Shown: positions 19,459-28,586 of the stretch, piece by piece
How positions within the stretch are numbered: the first letter of the stretch is position 1
How the letters are laid out: each line of letters opens with the position of its first letter
DNA from: Treponema sp. UBA3662
Lineage (GTDB): Bacteria; Spirochaetota; Spirochaetia; Treponematales; Treponemataceae
Assembly (NCBI GenBank): GCA_002373205.1
Contig: DFJV01000142.1
Coordinates: forward strand, 1 to 53,258
Direction of reading: 5' to 3'
Length of the DNA: 53,258 bases
Made by a program: the position numbers and the translations under genes
The notes under the pieces: model-generated
Told to the model about the DNA's origin: nothing
Database searches by the model: none
What the model saw: the letters and a program-made list of their open reading frames with translations, nothing else

Positions 19459-21030
19459 ATGGACAACAAAAAAGAAACAGAAAGAGCAGAACTCCACCGC
19501 ACAATCTGGGGAATAGCAAACGACCTTCGTGGCAGCGTAGACGGCTGGGATTTTAAGCAGTATGTACTTGGAATGCTCTTTTACAGATATATTTCGGAAA
19601 ACCTTGACCGCTATATTTCTAAAGGCGAAATTGAAGCAGGTAACAAAGACTTTAGTTATGCAAAGCTCACAGACAAAGAAGCCCTTACCATCAAAGAAGA
19701 CATAGTAAAAGAAAAAGGATTCTTTATTCTCCCTTCAAAACTCTTTGGCAATGTTCTAAAAAAAGCAAACAAAGACAAAAAAGACCTTAACGAAAAACTC
19801 GAAAAAATCTTTAAAGAAATAGAAGCTTCCGCAACAGGTACAGAAAGCGAAGATGACTTCAAAGGTCTTTTTGACGACATTGACGTAAACTCCAACAAAC
19901 TTGGTGCAACAGTAGATAAAAGAAACGAAATGCTTGTTAAACTTATGAATGGTATTGCAAGCATGAATCTTGGTAACACAGATTATTCAGATAATTCAAT
20001 AGATGCCTTTGGCGATGCTTACGAATACCTCATGGGTATGTATGCTTCTAATGCAGGAAAGTCCGGCGGAGAATATTACACGCCACAGGAAGTTTCTGAG
20101 CTTCTTACAAAAATCACAATAGTTGGTAAAAAGACTGTAAACAAGGTATATGACCCTGCCTGTGGTTCGGGCTCTCTTCTTCTTAAGTTTGCAAAAATCC
20201 TTGGAGCAGACAATGTTCGCCTTGGTTTTTACGGTCAGGAAATAAACATTACAACTTACAACCTTTGCCGTATCAATATGTTTTTACACGATGTAAGTTA
20301 CGATAAGTTCAACATCAAACTTGGAGACACTTTAACAGATCCAAAGCATTGGGATGATGAACCATTTGAAGCAATTGTTTCAAATCCTCCTTACTCTATT
20401 AAATGGGAAGGTGACGACAACCCCATTCTCATAAACGACCAGCGCTTTAGTCCTGCAGGCGTTCTTGCGCCAAAAGGAAAAGCAGACCTTGCATTTATCA
20501 TGCACTCATTAAGCTGGCTTGCAACAAACGGAACTGCCGCAATAGTTTGTTTCCCAGGTATTATGTATCGTGGCGGTGCAGAACAAAAAATCAGAAAGTA
20601 TCTTATTGATAACAACTACATAGACTGTATCATTCAATTGCCGGATAACCTTTTCTTTGGAACAAGTATTGCAACCTGTATTATGGTTCTTAAAAAAGGA
20701 AAAGCAGAAAACAAAACCCTCTTTATTGATGCCTCAAAAGAGTGCGTAAAAGTAACCAATTCAAACAAACTCACTGAGCAGAATATTGATAATATCCTCA
20801 AAGTGTTTACAGAACGCAAGAAAAAAATCGACTACGTAAGCCGTCTGGTAAATAACGACGAAATTGCCCAGAACGAATATAACCTGAGCGTTTCAAGTTA
20901 TGTAGAAGCAGAAGACACAAGAGAAGTGATTGATATTAAAGTTCTGAACGCTCAGATTGCAGAGATTGTAAAAAAAGAAAACACTCTCCGCAAAGAAATC
21001 GACAAGATTATTTCTGAAATTGAGGGATAG
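19459..21030 (+). CDS. hsdM: Type I restriction-modification methyltransferase subunit (type IC-like)
   Basis: IWGIANDLRGSVDGWDFKQY, GGEYYTPQEVS, YDPACGSGSLL and NPPY; ATG 19459 lies 6 nt after TGcTATACT. Confidence 0.96.
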   Translation: MDNKKETERAELHRTIWGIANDLRGSVDGWDFKQYVLGMLFYRYISENLDRYISKGEIEAGNKDFSYAKLTDKEALTIKEDIVKEKGFFILPSKLFGNVLKKANKDKKDLNEKLEKIFKEIEASATGTESEDDFKGLFDDIDVNSNKLGATVDKRNEMLVKLMNGIASMNLGNTDYSDNSIDAFGDAYEYLMGMYASNAGKSGGEYYTPQEVSELLTKITIVGKKTVNKVYDPACGSGSLLLKFAKILGADNVRLGFYGQEINITTYNLCRINMFLHDVSYDKFNIKLGDTLTDPKHWDDEPFEAIVSNPPYSIKWEGDDNPILINDQRFSPAGVLAPKGKADLAFIMHSLSWLATNGTAAIVCFPGIMYRGGAEQKIRKYLIDNNYIDCIIQLPDNLFFGTSIATCIMVLKKGKAENKTLFIDASKECVKVTNSNKLTEQNIDNILKVFTERKKKIDYVSRLVNNDEIAQNEYNLSVSSYVEAEDTREVIDIKVLNAQIAEIVKKENTLRKEIDKIISEIEG

Positions 21031-21032
21031 AA

Positions 21033-21179
21033 ATGCAAGTGAAACCGGTAAAAAAAACAATACATGCACAAGGTATTGGAATTTATACGACCGACTTTCT
21101 TGGACTGTGGGAAACTTTACATAATCCTGAATTAAATCTGCCGATGTTATCCGAAGCAAAGGACGGAGCAGAAAAATGA
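21033..21179 (+). pseudogene. 48-aa collapsed remnant of a KilA-N-type DNA-binding protein
   Basis: MQVKPVKKTIHAQGIGIYTTD|FLGLWETLHNPELNLP...; these two blocks are normally separated by tens of residues in KilA-N proteins as recalled from the family; ATGA overlap with the next gene. Confidence 0.6.
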
Positions 21180-22516
21180 GCAAGTTAGATGAACTTGATT
21201 TTGAAAATTCTCATACAGAATATAAACGCTGTCTGAATGACCGATTTGAGTCTGCCGTTATAGCCTTTTTGAATTCCAGCGGTGGAAAAATCTATATTGG
21301 CATAGATAACGATTCATCAGTGTATGGTATTGAAAATCCTGATGAAATTCAGCGTCAGATTGCGGACAGAATAAAGAACAATATTCGAGGCGAATGCTTG
21401 GGGCTTTATGACATTGTTCCTGAAAAACGAGACGGAAAAACTGTTATAAAGCTTATCATTTCAAGCGGAACAGAAAAACCCTATTACCTAAAAGAAAAAG
21501 GAATGACAAGCGAAGGCTGTTTTATCAGAAACGGAAGCCGTATAGAAAACATGACTTCTGCCATGATAGAAAAAGCCTTTGCCCGCAGAACTCGAACTTC
21601 TCTTTCTGTAATAAAATCGCCACGACAGGATTTGAGATTTGAACAGCTTCAGATTTATTATCAGACACATGGAAAAAAGCTCAATGACCAGTTTGCATCT
21701 TCTCTAAATTTTCTTACTGAGGAGGGAAAATACAATCTGAACGCATTTTTGTTTGCAGACAATAATGACATTACAATAAAAGTTGCAAAGTTTGCAGGAA
21801 CAGACAAAACACAACTTATAGAGAATGAAGAATTCGGCTTCTGCTCAATAATAAAGGCCTGTAAAGATGTTCTTGATAAATTGAATGTGGAAAACCGTAC
21901 TCTTGCACGCGTTACTTACCCTTTCAGACAGGAAAAGCGGCTTGTTGAGGCAGATTCACTTCGAGAAGCTGTTATAAACGCATTTGTACATAATGATTAT
22001 TCCGATTTGATGAGTCCAACATTTTATATTTTCTCTGATAGGTTGGAAATTGTGTCTTACGGCGGGCTAATTGACGGAATGTCAAAAGCAGAACTTGTAA
22101 GCGGTCTTTCCCGACCAAGAAACAGGGAAGTTATGCGTGTTTTTAAAGATGTTGATTTGGTTGAGCAGCTTGGAACAGGCATGAATAAAATGATGGAAGC
22201 ATATTCGCCCAATATTTTTACCATATATCCAAATTTCTTAAAGGTCGTTTTCTATTTTAGAACTCTGGATTCTGATACAGAGATGGAAAATCCTTCCCAA
22301 AGAATTACATCTGACCCGATAAATGACCCGATAAATGACCCGATAAATCTAATTGACCTGATAAAAGAAAACCCTTATGCCAATTATGAGGAATACGCCC
22401 GCATGCTTGAAGTTTCTCCTGCAACCGTAAAAAGACAGCTTGGAGCATTGAAGAAATCTGGCAAAATAAAGCGTGAAGGTGCAAAGAAAAACGGTCACTG
22501 GGAGATATTGAAATGA
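21176..22516 (+). CDS. Schlafen/AlbA_2 + HATPase_c_4-like + C-terminal HTH protein (often annotated RecG-like or ATP-binding)
   Basis: ENSHTEYKR...AFLNSSGGKIYIGIDND, LREAVINAFVHNDY, RLEIVSYGG, PRN, VEQLGTG and KIKREGAKKNGHWEI. Confidence 0.88.
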   Translation: MSKLDELDFENSHTEYKRCLNDRFESAVIAFLNSSGGKIYIGIDNDSSVYGIENPDEIQRQIADRIKNNIRGECLGLYDIVPEKRDGKTVIKLIISSGTEKPYYLKEKGMTSEGCFIRNGSRIENMTSAMIEKAFARRTRTSLSVIKSPRQDLRFEQLQIYYQTHGKKLNDQFASSLNFLTEEGKYNLNAFLFADNNDITIKVAKFAGTDKTQLIENEEFGFCSIIKACKDVLDKLNVENRTLARVTYPFRQEKRLVEADSLREAVINAFVHNDYSDLMSPTFYIFSDRLEIVSYGGLIDGMSKAELVSGLSRPRNREVMRVFKDVDLVEQLGTGMNKMMEAYSPNIFTIYPNFLKVVFYFRTLDSDTEMENPSQRITSDPINDPINDPINLIDLIKENPYANYEEYARMLEVSPATVKRQLGALKKSGKIKREGAKKNGHWEILK

Positions 22517-22629
22517 GCAAGTTGGATGAATTAACTGCTTCGGCTTCGCTCAGCAACAAAAATCGTTCCCTGAGCGTAGTCGAAGGGAAAAGTGAGGAAA
22601 ATAAACTATGTCTAAACTTGATGATTTGA
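22513..22629 (+). other. MSKLDEL-starting 38-codon mini-ORF filled by a REP-like pair
   Basis: atgagcaagttggatgaa followed by cttcggcttcgctcagc...gttccctgagcgtagtcgaagggaa. Confidence 0.6.
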
Positions 22630-22912
22630 TAAATAAGCTTTGCCCTGATTATGAGCCGACAAACCTTGCGGTTTACGGTTAAAATCATAGAAAAATGTCA
22701 TGCTGAACTTGTTTCAGCATATGTTTGAAGGAATGAAGGTATGTCTAAACTTGATGAACTGATAAAAGAGCTTTGTCCTGATTATGAGCCGACAAACCTT
22801 GCGGTTTGCGGTTAAAATCATAGAAAAATGTCATGCTGAACTTGTTTCAGCATCTGTTTGAAGGAATGAAGGTATGTCTAAACTTGATGAATTGATAAAA
22901 GAGCTTTGTCCT
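22608..22912 (+). repeat. 133-bp tandem duplication of the hsdS 5' end (2 units plus the start of hsdS)
   Basis: Units at 22608 and 22741 (7 mismatches) encode MSKLDDLINKLCPDYEPTNLAVYG* and MSKLDELIKELCPDYEPTNLAVCG*; each carries the hairpin tgtcatgctgaacttgtttcagcat; hsdS starts at 22874. Confidence 0.92.
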
Positions 22913-24058
22913 AATGGTGTAGAATATAAGAAAGTAAAAGATGTTTTTATACGTATAAAGGGAACACCGATAACAGCAACAAAAATGAAAGAAATAGAAA
23001 CTCCTGATGGAGAAATTCGAATCTTTGCAGGTGGAAAAACTGTTATTAATGCGAAAGAGAAAGATATTCCTAATGCAAATATAACTCGAGTTCCTGCAGT
23101 ATTGGTTCAATCGCGAGGGGTAATTGATGCTGTTTATTATGACAAGCCTTTTACCTTTAAGAATGAGATGTGGGCTTATACTCATGAAAATAAACCAACA
23201 GTCAAATTCTTGTATTATGTTTTAAAGAATAATGTTCATACTTTCAGAGAAGCTGCTTCAGGGATGGGGTCTTTACCTCAAATTTCACTAACTGTGACCG
23301 AAGATTTTTTAATCCCCGTACCCCCGCTTCCCGTGCAGGAAGAAATCGTGCGCATACTCGACACATTCACCTCGCTTACAGCGGAGCTTACAGCGGAGCT
23401 TACAGCTCGTCGCAAGCAGTATGAATACTATCGCGACTCGCTTCTTTCTTTTGGTGATGATGTAGAATGGAAAACATTAAAAGAACTCTCCGTACATAGT
23501 TGCTCTGGCGGTACACCACTAAAGAATAATTCAGATTATTATAAAAATGGGAAAATACCATGGTTAAGAACTGGAGAAGTAAAGTTTAATGAAATATTTG
23601 AAACTGAAGAATTCATTACAGAATTAGCAGTAAAAGAAACAGCCGCAAAATGGATCCCAAAAAATTGTGTTATAGTTGCCATTTCCGGAGCAACTGCTGG
23701 AAGATGTGCAATAAATAAAATTCCATTAACCACAAACCAGCATTGTTTAAACATAGAAATTAATCCTACTAATGCACTTTATAAATATGTTTATTATTGC
23801 ATTGTTAATCAGCAGGATGAATTGTTGGGAAAAAAGGAAGGGGCTAGAGGCGATTTAAATTCTTCACGAATACTCGGATTAAAAATCCCTATTCCATCAA
23901 TAAAGGAACAACAACGCATTGTATCCATTCTCGACCGCTTCGAAACTCTCTGTAACGACATCACCTCCGGTCTACCTGCAGAAATCGAGGCACGTAAAAA
24001 GCAATATGAGTATTACCGCGATAAATTGCTGTCGTTTAAGAGAAAAGAGGCTGTATGA
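22874..24058 (+). CDS. hsdS: Type I RM specificity subunit with two TRDs and a TAEL-repeat spacer
   Basis: MSKLDELIKELCPNGVEY, IPVPPLPVQEEIVRILDTF, LTAELTAELTARRKQYEYYRD and GLPAEIEARKKQYEYYRDKLL. Confidence 0.96.
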   Translation: MSKLDELIKELCPNGVEYKKVKDVFIRIKGTPITATKMKEIETPDGEIRIFAGGKTVINAKEKDIPNANITRVPAVLVQSRGVIDAVYYDKPFTFKNEMWAYTHENKPTVKFLYYVLKNNVHTFREAASGMGSLPQISLTVTEDFLIPVPPLPVQEEIVRILDTFTSLTAELTAELTARRKQYEYYRDSLLSFGDDVEWKTLKELSVHSCSGGTPLKNNSDYYKNGKIPWLRTGEVKFNEIFETEEFITELAVKETAAKWIPKNCVIVAISGATAGRCAINKIPLTTNQHCLNIEINPTNALYKYVYYCIVNQQDELLGKKEGARGDLNSSRILGLKIPIPSIKEQQRIVSILDRFETLCNDITSGLPAEIEARKKQYEYYRDKLLSFKRKEAV

Positions 24059-24492
24059 AAAATCAGATTCAAAAGATAATTCAGGAATATAAGAGTCTCT
24101 CAATCCAGCAGCAGCTTGACTATGATAAGTTTTACCTGTATTCGATTATTACACATTCAACAGCCATTGAAGGCTCTACTGTAACCGAAATTGAAAATCA
24201 GCTTTTGTTTGACGAAGGCATTTCCGCCAACAAGCCAATGAATGAGCAGCTTATGAATCTTGACCTTAAAAAGGCTTATGAGCAGAGTTTTGTTTATGCT
24301 GCAAGTCATACCAATTCTCAGAGCCAGGATGAAGAAAGTTCTGCAAAGTTCATTGACTTTATGATGGAACACCACTGCGAAAGTCTTGGAATAAATCCAA
24401 GTGCTGTTCAAAAGCATATCGAAAAACTTAAAAAAGAAAATGCAATCAAACGTTCAGGCGGCGACAAAGGCGGCTGGTGGGAAATTTTATAG
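24055..24492 (+). pseudogene. Internally deleted Fic-family gene: N-terminal inhibitory helix plus HTH tail, no catalytic loop
   Basis: ITHSTAIEGSTVT matches (S/T)xxxE(G/N); no HPFxxGNGR; ends with SLGINPSAVQKHIEKLKK...RSGGDKGGWWEIL. Confidence 0.7.
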
Positions 24493-24507
24493 GAAAGAGA
24501 AATAATT

Positions 24508-27500
24508 ATGTATAACATAGTCTTAGAAACAAACGAAGCAACCGTAGTTACAGAATATACTCCAATAAGAAAACGTCGTGCAGATTATCAGAGCGAAGCG
24601 GAGCTTGAAAAAAACTTTATTCAGGATCTTACTGAACAGGGCTATGAATACCTGGATATAAAAACAGAAGATGACCTTATAGTAAACTTAAAGGTAAAGC
24701 TTGAAAAACTTAATCACATAACTTTTAGTGAAACTGAATGGTTGCGTTTTTACGGACAGTATCTTGCAAATCAGAATGAAGGAATTGAAGAAAAGACTTT
24801 TATAATTCAAAGTGATTACATCAAGGTTCTTGGCCGTGATGATGGCTCTACAAAAAATATTTATCTTTTGGACAAAGAAAATATTCACAATAATTCTTTA
24901 CAGGTCATAAATCAGTTTACTCCAGAAGGTGGCCGTTATGCCAACCGTTATGATGTTACAATTCTTGTAAACGGATTGCCTCTTGTTCACTGTGAATTAA
25001 AGCGTCGTGGTGTTGATATTCGTGAAGCCTTTAATCAGATAAAGCGCTATCAGCGTGACAGTTTTTGGGCAGGGGATGGGCTTTTTCAGTTCATTCAAAT
25101 TTTTGTAATTTCTAACGGAACTAATACAAAATATTTTTCTAACACAACCCGCGAAAACCATATTAAAGAAATCTCTACAAAAAAAGGCAGCGGTAAAAAG
25201 ACAAGCAACTCTTACGAGTTTACTTCTTACTGGGCAGATGGTAATAACAAAATAATAAATGACCTTGAAGATTTTGCACGAACCTTCCTTGCAAAGCATA
25301 CCATCTTAAATATTCTTACCAAGTATTGCGTGTTTGATACATCACACAATCTTTTGGTAATGCGACCTTATCAGATTGCGGCTACAGAGCGAATCTTAAA
25401 CAAGATAGTTATTTCTACAAACTATCACAAAGAAGGAACTATAGAAGCCGGAGGATTTGTCTGGCATACAACAGGTTCCGGAAAAACACTTACATCTTTT
25501 AAGACTGCAATCCTTGCAAGCATGCTTGATTGCATAGATAAAGTTTTGTTTGTTGTAGACCGTAAAGACCTGGACTATCAGACAATGAAAGAGTATGACC
25601 GCTTTCAAAAGGATGCCGCCAATTCAAACAAATCTGTTGCCGTTCTTAAAAAGCAACTGGAAGATGATAACTGCAAAATCATTATTACTACAATTCAAAA
25701 ACTTGGAATATTTATTAAGAGCAATAAAGGACATTCCATTTTCCAAAAGCATCTGGTAATGATTTTTGATGAATGTCACCGTTCGCAATTTGGAGAGCTT
25801 CACAGGGAAATTGTAAAGAGCTTTAAGAAGTTCCACTTGTTTGGCTTTACAGGAACTCCAATCTTCCAAAAAAATGCCGGAGCAAACGGAGCTGGTGGTA
25901 TAAAGACCACAGATCAGGCCTTTGGCGAAAAGCTTCATACCTACACTATTGTTGATGCAATTAATGACCACAATGTTCTTCCATTCCGTATTGATTATAT
26001 TAAGACAATCAAAATGAAAGACGGAATCAAAGATAAAGATGTTACTGCCATTGATAAGGAAAATGCGCTTTCTGCAAAGGAACGTATAGAGCAGGTTGTT
26101 TCATATATCATTGAACACTTTGATCAGAAAACAAAACGAAATACCAACAGCGGAAAATATGAATTCAGAGCACTTACAAATATTAAAGAAGTTGCAAAAG
26201 CCCGTGACAGAAACAGCGTACAGGAAGAAAAATCACTGAAACATCTTACTGGATTTAACTCTATGTTCTGTGTTCAATCCATTGAAACTGCAATCAAATA
26301 TTACAATGAGTTCAAACGTCAGCTTTCTGAACATCCTGAAATGGACCTTAAAGTAGGAATGATTTACAGCTTTGGAGCAAACGAGGCCGAAGACCAAAAC
26401 GGATTCGTAGACGATGAAAATTCAGACGATACAAGCGGACTTGATGTTGTAAGCCGTGACCATCTTGAAAGTGCAATAAAAGATTACAATGCATATTTTA
26501 AAACTGATTATGATACTTCTGCAGATAAGTTCCAGAATTACTACAAAGATGTTTCGCTCCGCATGAAGAACAAGGAACTGGATATTCTTATTGTTGTAAA
26601 TATGTTCCTTACAGGTTTTGACGCAACAACTTTAAACACTCTTTGGGTAGATAAGAATCTCAAAATGCATGGACTTATTCAGGCATACAGCCGCACCAAC
26701 CGCATTTTGAATTCTATCAAGACCTTTGGAAATATTGTCTGCTTTAGAGACTTGTCTGAACAAACTGATGAAGCAATTGCTCTCTTTGGCGACAAGGATG
26801 CAAAAGGAACAATTCTTTTACGCAGCTTTGATGATTACTACAACGGCTTTACTGATGAAAAGAATAAATACCACAAAGGATATACAGAACTTGTTGATGA
26901 ACTTCTTAATAAGTTCCCTCTTGATTCATTCAGAGAAAATGTAATTACACAGGAAGCAAAGAAAGAGTTCGTAATGCTTTACGGTGCAATTCTTCGTATG
27001 CGAAATATCCTAACAACATTCGATCAGTTTGAGGGAGATAATCTTCTTCCAATAAATGACCTGCAGGATTACCAGAGTCATTACCTTGATATTCACACAG
27101 AAATTCGTTCTGATGACAAGGCAGAAAAAGAAAACATCAATGATGATATTGTCTTTGAAATGGAACTCATTAAACAAGTCGATATCAACATTGATTATAT
27201 TCTCATGCTCGTTGCAAAATACCATGATTCAAATTGTCAGGATGCAGCAATTCTTGTGGACATTAAAAAAGCAATTGGTGGAAGTATTGAACTTAGAAGT
27301 AAGAAAGACCTTATTGAAGACTTTATTTCACAAATCAATGCTTCTAGCGACATTCAAAAAGACTGGACGGAATTTATCAATAAAAAGAAGGCAGAAGAGC
27401 TTGAATCAATTACCCAAGAACTTAAGCTAAAACCAGAAGAAACAAAGGCTTTTATAGAAAATTCTTTCCGTGACGGTACCTTAAGAACCACAGGAACAGA

Positions 27501-27627
27501 CCTAGACAAAATACTTCCCCCTGTCTCCCGCTTTGGAGGCGGCAACTCAGGAACTAACAGAGGTGCTGTAAAAAGGAATGTCATAGAGCACCTAAAGGCC
27601 TTTTTTGAAAAGTATTTTGGAGCCTAA
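24508..27627 (+). CDS. hsdR: Type I restriction endonuclease subunit R (EcoR124-like)
   Basis: RYDVTILVNGLPLVHCELKR, HTTGSGKT, DECHRSQ, FTGTP, MFLTGFD and QAYSRTNR. Confidence 0.97.
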   Translation: MYNIVLETNEATVVTEYTPIRKRRADYQSEAELEKNFIQDLTEQGYEYLDIKTEDDLIVNLKVKLEKLNHITFSETEWLRFYGQYLANQNEGIEEKTFIIQSDYIKVLGRDDGSTKNIYLLDKENIHNNSLQVINQFTPEGGRYANRYDVTILVNGLPLVHCELKRRGVDIREAFNQIKRYQRDSFWAGDGLFQFIQIFVISNGTNTKYFSNTTRENHIKEISTKKGSGKKTSNSYEFTSYWADGNNKIINDLEDFARTFLAKHTILNILTKYCVFDTSHNLLVMRPYQIAATERILNKIVISTNYHKEGTIEAGGFVWHTTGSGKTLTSFKTAILASMLDCIDKVLFVVDRKDLDYQTMKEYDRFQKDAANSNKSVAVLKKQLEDDNCKIIITTIQKLGIFIKSNKGHSIFQKHLVMIFDECHRSQFGELHREIVKSFKKFHLFGFTGTPIFQKNAGANGAGGIKTTDQAFGEKLHTYTIVDAINDHNVLPFRIDYIKTIKMKDGIKDKDVTAIDKENALSAKERIEQVVSYIIEHFDQKTKRNTNSGKYEFRALTNIKEVAKARDRNSVQEEKSLKHLTGFNSMFCVQSIETAIKYYNEFKRQLSEHPEMDLKVGMIYSFGANEAEDQNGFVDDENSDDTSGLDVVSRDHLESAIKDYNAYFKTDYDTSADKFQNYYKDVSLRMKNKELDILIVVNMFLTGFDATTLNTLWVDKNLKMHGLIQAYSRTNRILNSIKTFGNIVCFRDLSEQTDEAIALFGDKDAKGTILLRSFDDYYNGFTDEKNKYHKGYTELVDELLNKFPLDSFRENVITQEAKKEFVMLYGAILRMRNILTTFDQFEGDNLLPINDLQDYQSHYLDIHTEIRSDDKAEKENINDDIVFEMELIKQVDINIDYILMLVAKYHDSNCQDAAILVDIKKAIGGSIELRSKKDLIEDFISQINASSDIQKDWTEFINKKKAEELESITQELKLKPEETKAFIENSFRDGTLRTTGTDLDKILPPVSRFGGGNSGTNRGAVKRNVIEHLKAFFEKYFGA

Positions 27628-27710
27628 CCCCGCCCCATCCCATCTTGAAGTAATATTAAACTTCATGCTAAAATTGCAAGGAGTCAGTTCAAAAAAAATC
27701 TGGAGAAAAA

Positions 27711-28586
27711 ATGAAAAATACTTTCCTTTACGCAGCCACGGCATCCCTTATCCTTGCAGCCGCACTAACATCCTGCGCAAGTGCACCAAAAGAAAATCCT
27801 ACAATCCCATTTGAATTCATAGACGCAAACAAAAACCACCATTCCGCAAATCTGGACGACACGGTTAGCAAGCACAGCTACAAAAACGAATGCTTTGTGC
27901 GCGAGGGAGAGAAGCTCTTTTACAGGGGCGACGACCGCTACACTTCACGTCTTGGCGTGGACATATCCCACCACGACGGCCCGGTTGACTGGAAAAAGAT
28001 GAAGGAATGGGGAATTGAATTCGTAATTCTCCGCACAGGCTACAGGGGCTACCAGACAGGCTACCTCATTCAGGACAAAATGTTTGAGCAGAACATAAAG
28101 GAAGCAATAGAAGCAGGCCTGGACATAGGAGTTTATTTTTTCTCGCAGGCAATCACAGAAGAAGAGGCGGAAGAAGAAGCCCAGATGGTCTTGCGCTTAA
28201 TTGAACCCTACAAAGAGCATATCACCCTGCCGGTTGTATTTGACCCGGAAAGCATCCTAAAAGACGAAGCCCGCACGGACGGTGTTCCTGGCGAAGTCTT
28301 TACAAGAACTTCCATAGTATTCTGCGAGGCTGTAAAAAAGGCCGGCTACAAACCAATGATTTATTCCAACATGATTTGGGAAGCATTTTTCTTTGACATG
28401 AAAAAACTGGAAGCCTACGACTTCTGGTATGCAGACTACGAAAAATATCCGCAGACACCATACAACTTTACCCTTTGGCAGTACACGGACACTGCAGAAA
28501 GTGTAGACGGAATAAGGCTGGACAAAAAAATCACAAAGCCTGTTGACCTTAACATATTGATAGTAAAGGTGGAGGAAAATGAATAA
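27711..28586 (+). CDS. GH25 muramidase lipoprotein
   Basis: LTS-C lipobox; GVDISHH, GVYFFSQA, PVVFDPE and WQY motifs. Confidence 0.9.
   Translation: MKNTFLYAATASLILAAALTSCASAPKENPTIPFEFIDANKNHHSANLDDTVSKHSYKNECFVREGEKLFYRGDDRYTSRLGVDISHHDGPVDWKKMKEWGIEFVILRTGYRGYQTGYLIQDKMFEQNIKEAIEAGLDIGVYFFSQAITEEEAEEEAQMVLRLIEPYKEHITLPVVFDPESILKDEARTDGVPGEVFTRTSIVFCEAVKKAGYKPMIYSNMIWEAFFFDMKKLEAYDFWYADYEKYPQTPYNFTLWQYTDTAESVDGIRLDKKITKPVDLNILIVKVEENE

Noticed and set aside
22608-22912. CRISPR array
   Set aside because: Units are near-identical over all 133 bp with no unique spacers; they copy the hsdS start; no cas genes are present
19459-27627. Invertible hsdS shufflon
   Set aside because: Only one full hsdS, no inverted silent TRDs and no recombinase
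17339-27627. Integrative element at tRNA-Leu or in comM carrying the RM locus
   Set aside because: comM is intact, and no integrase or duplicated tRNA 3' end was seen
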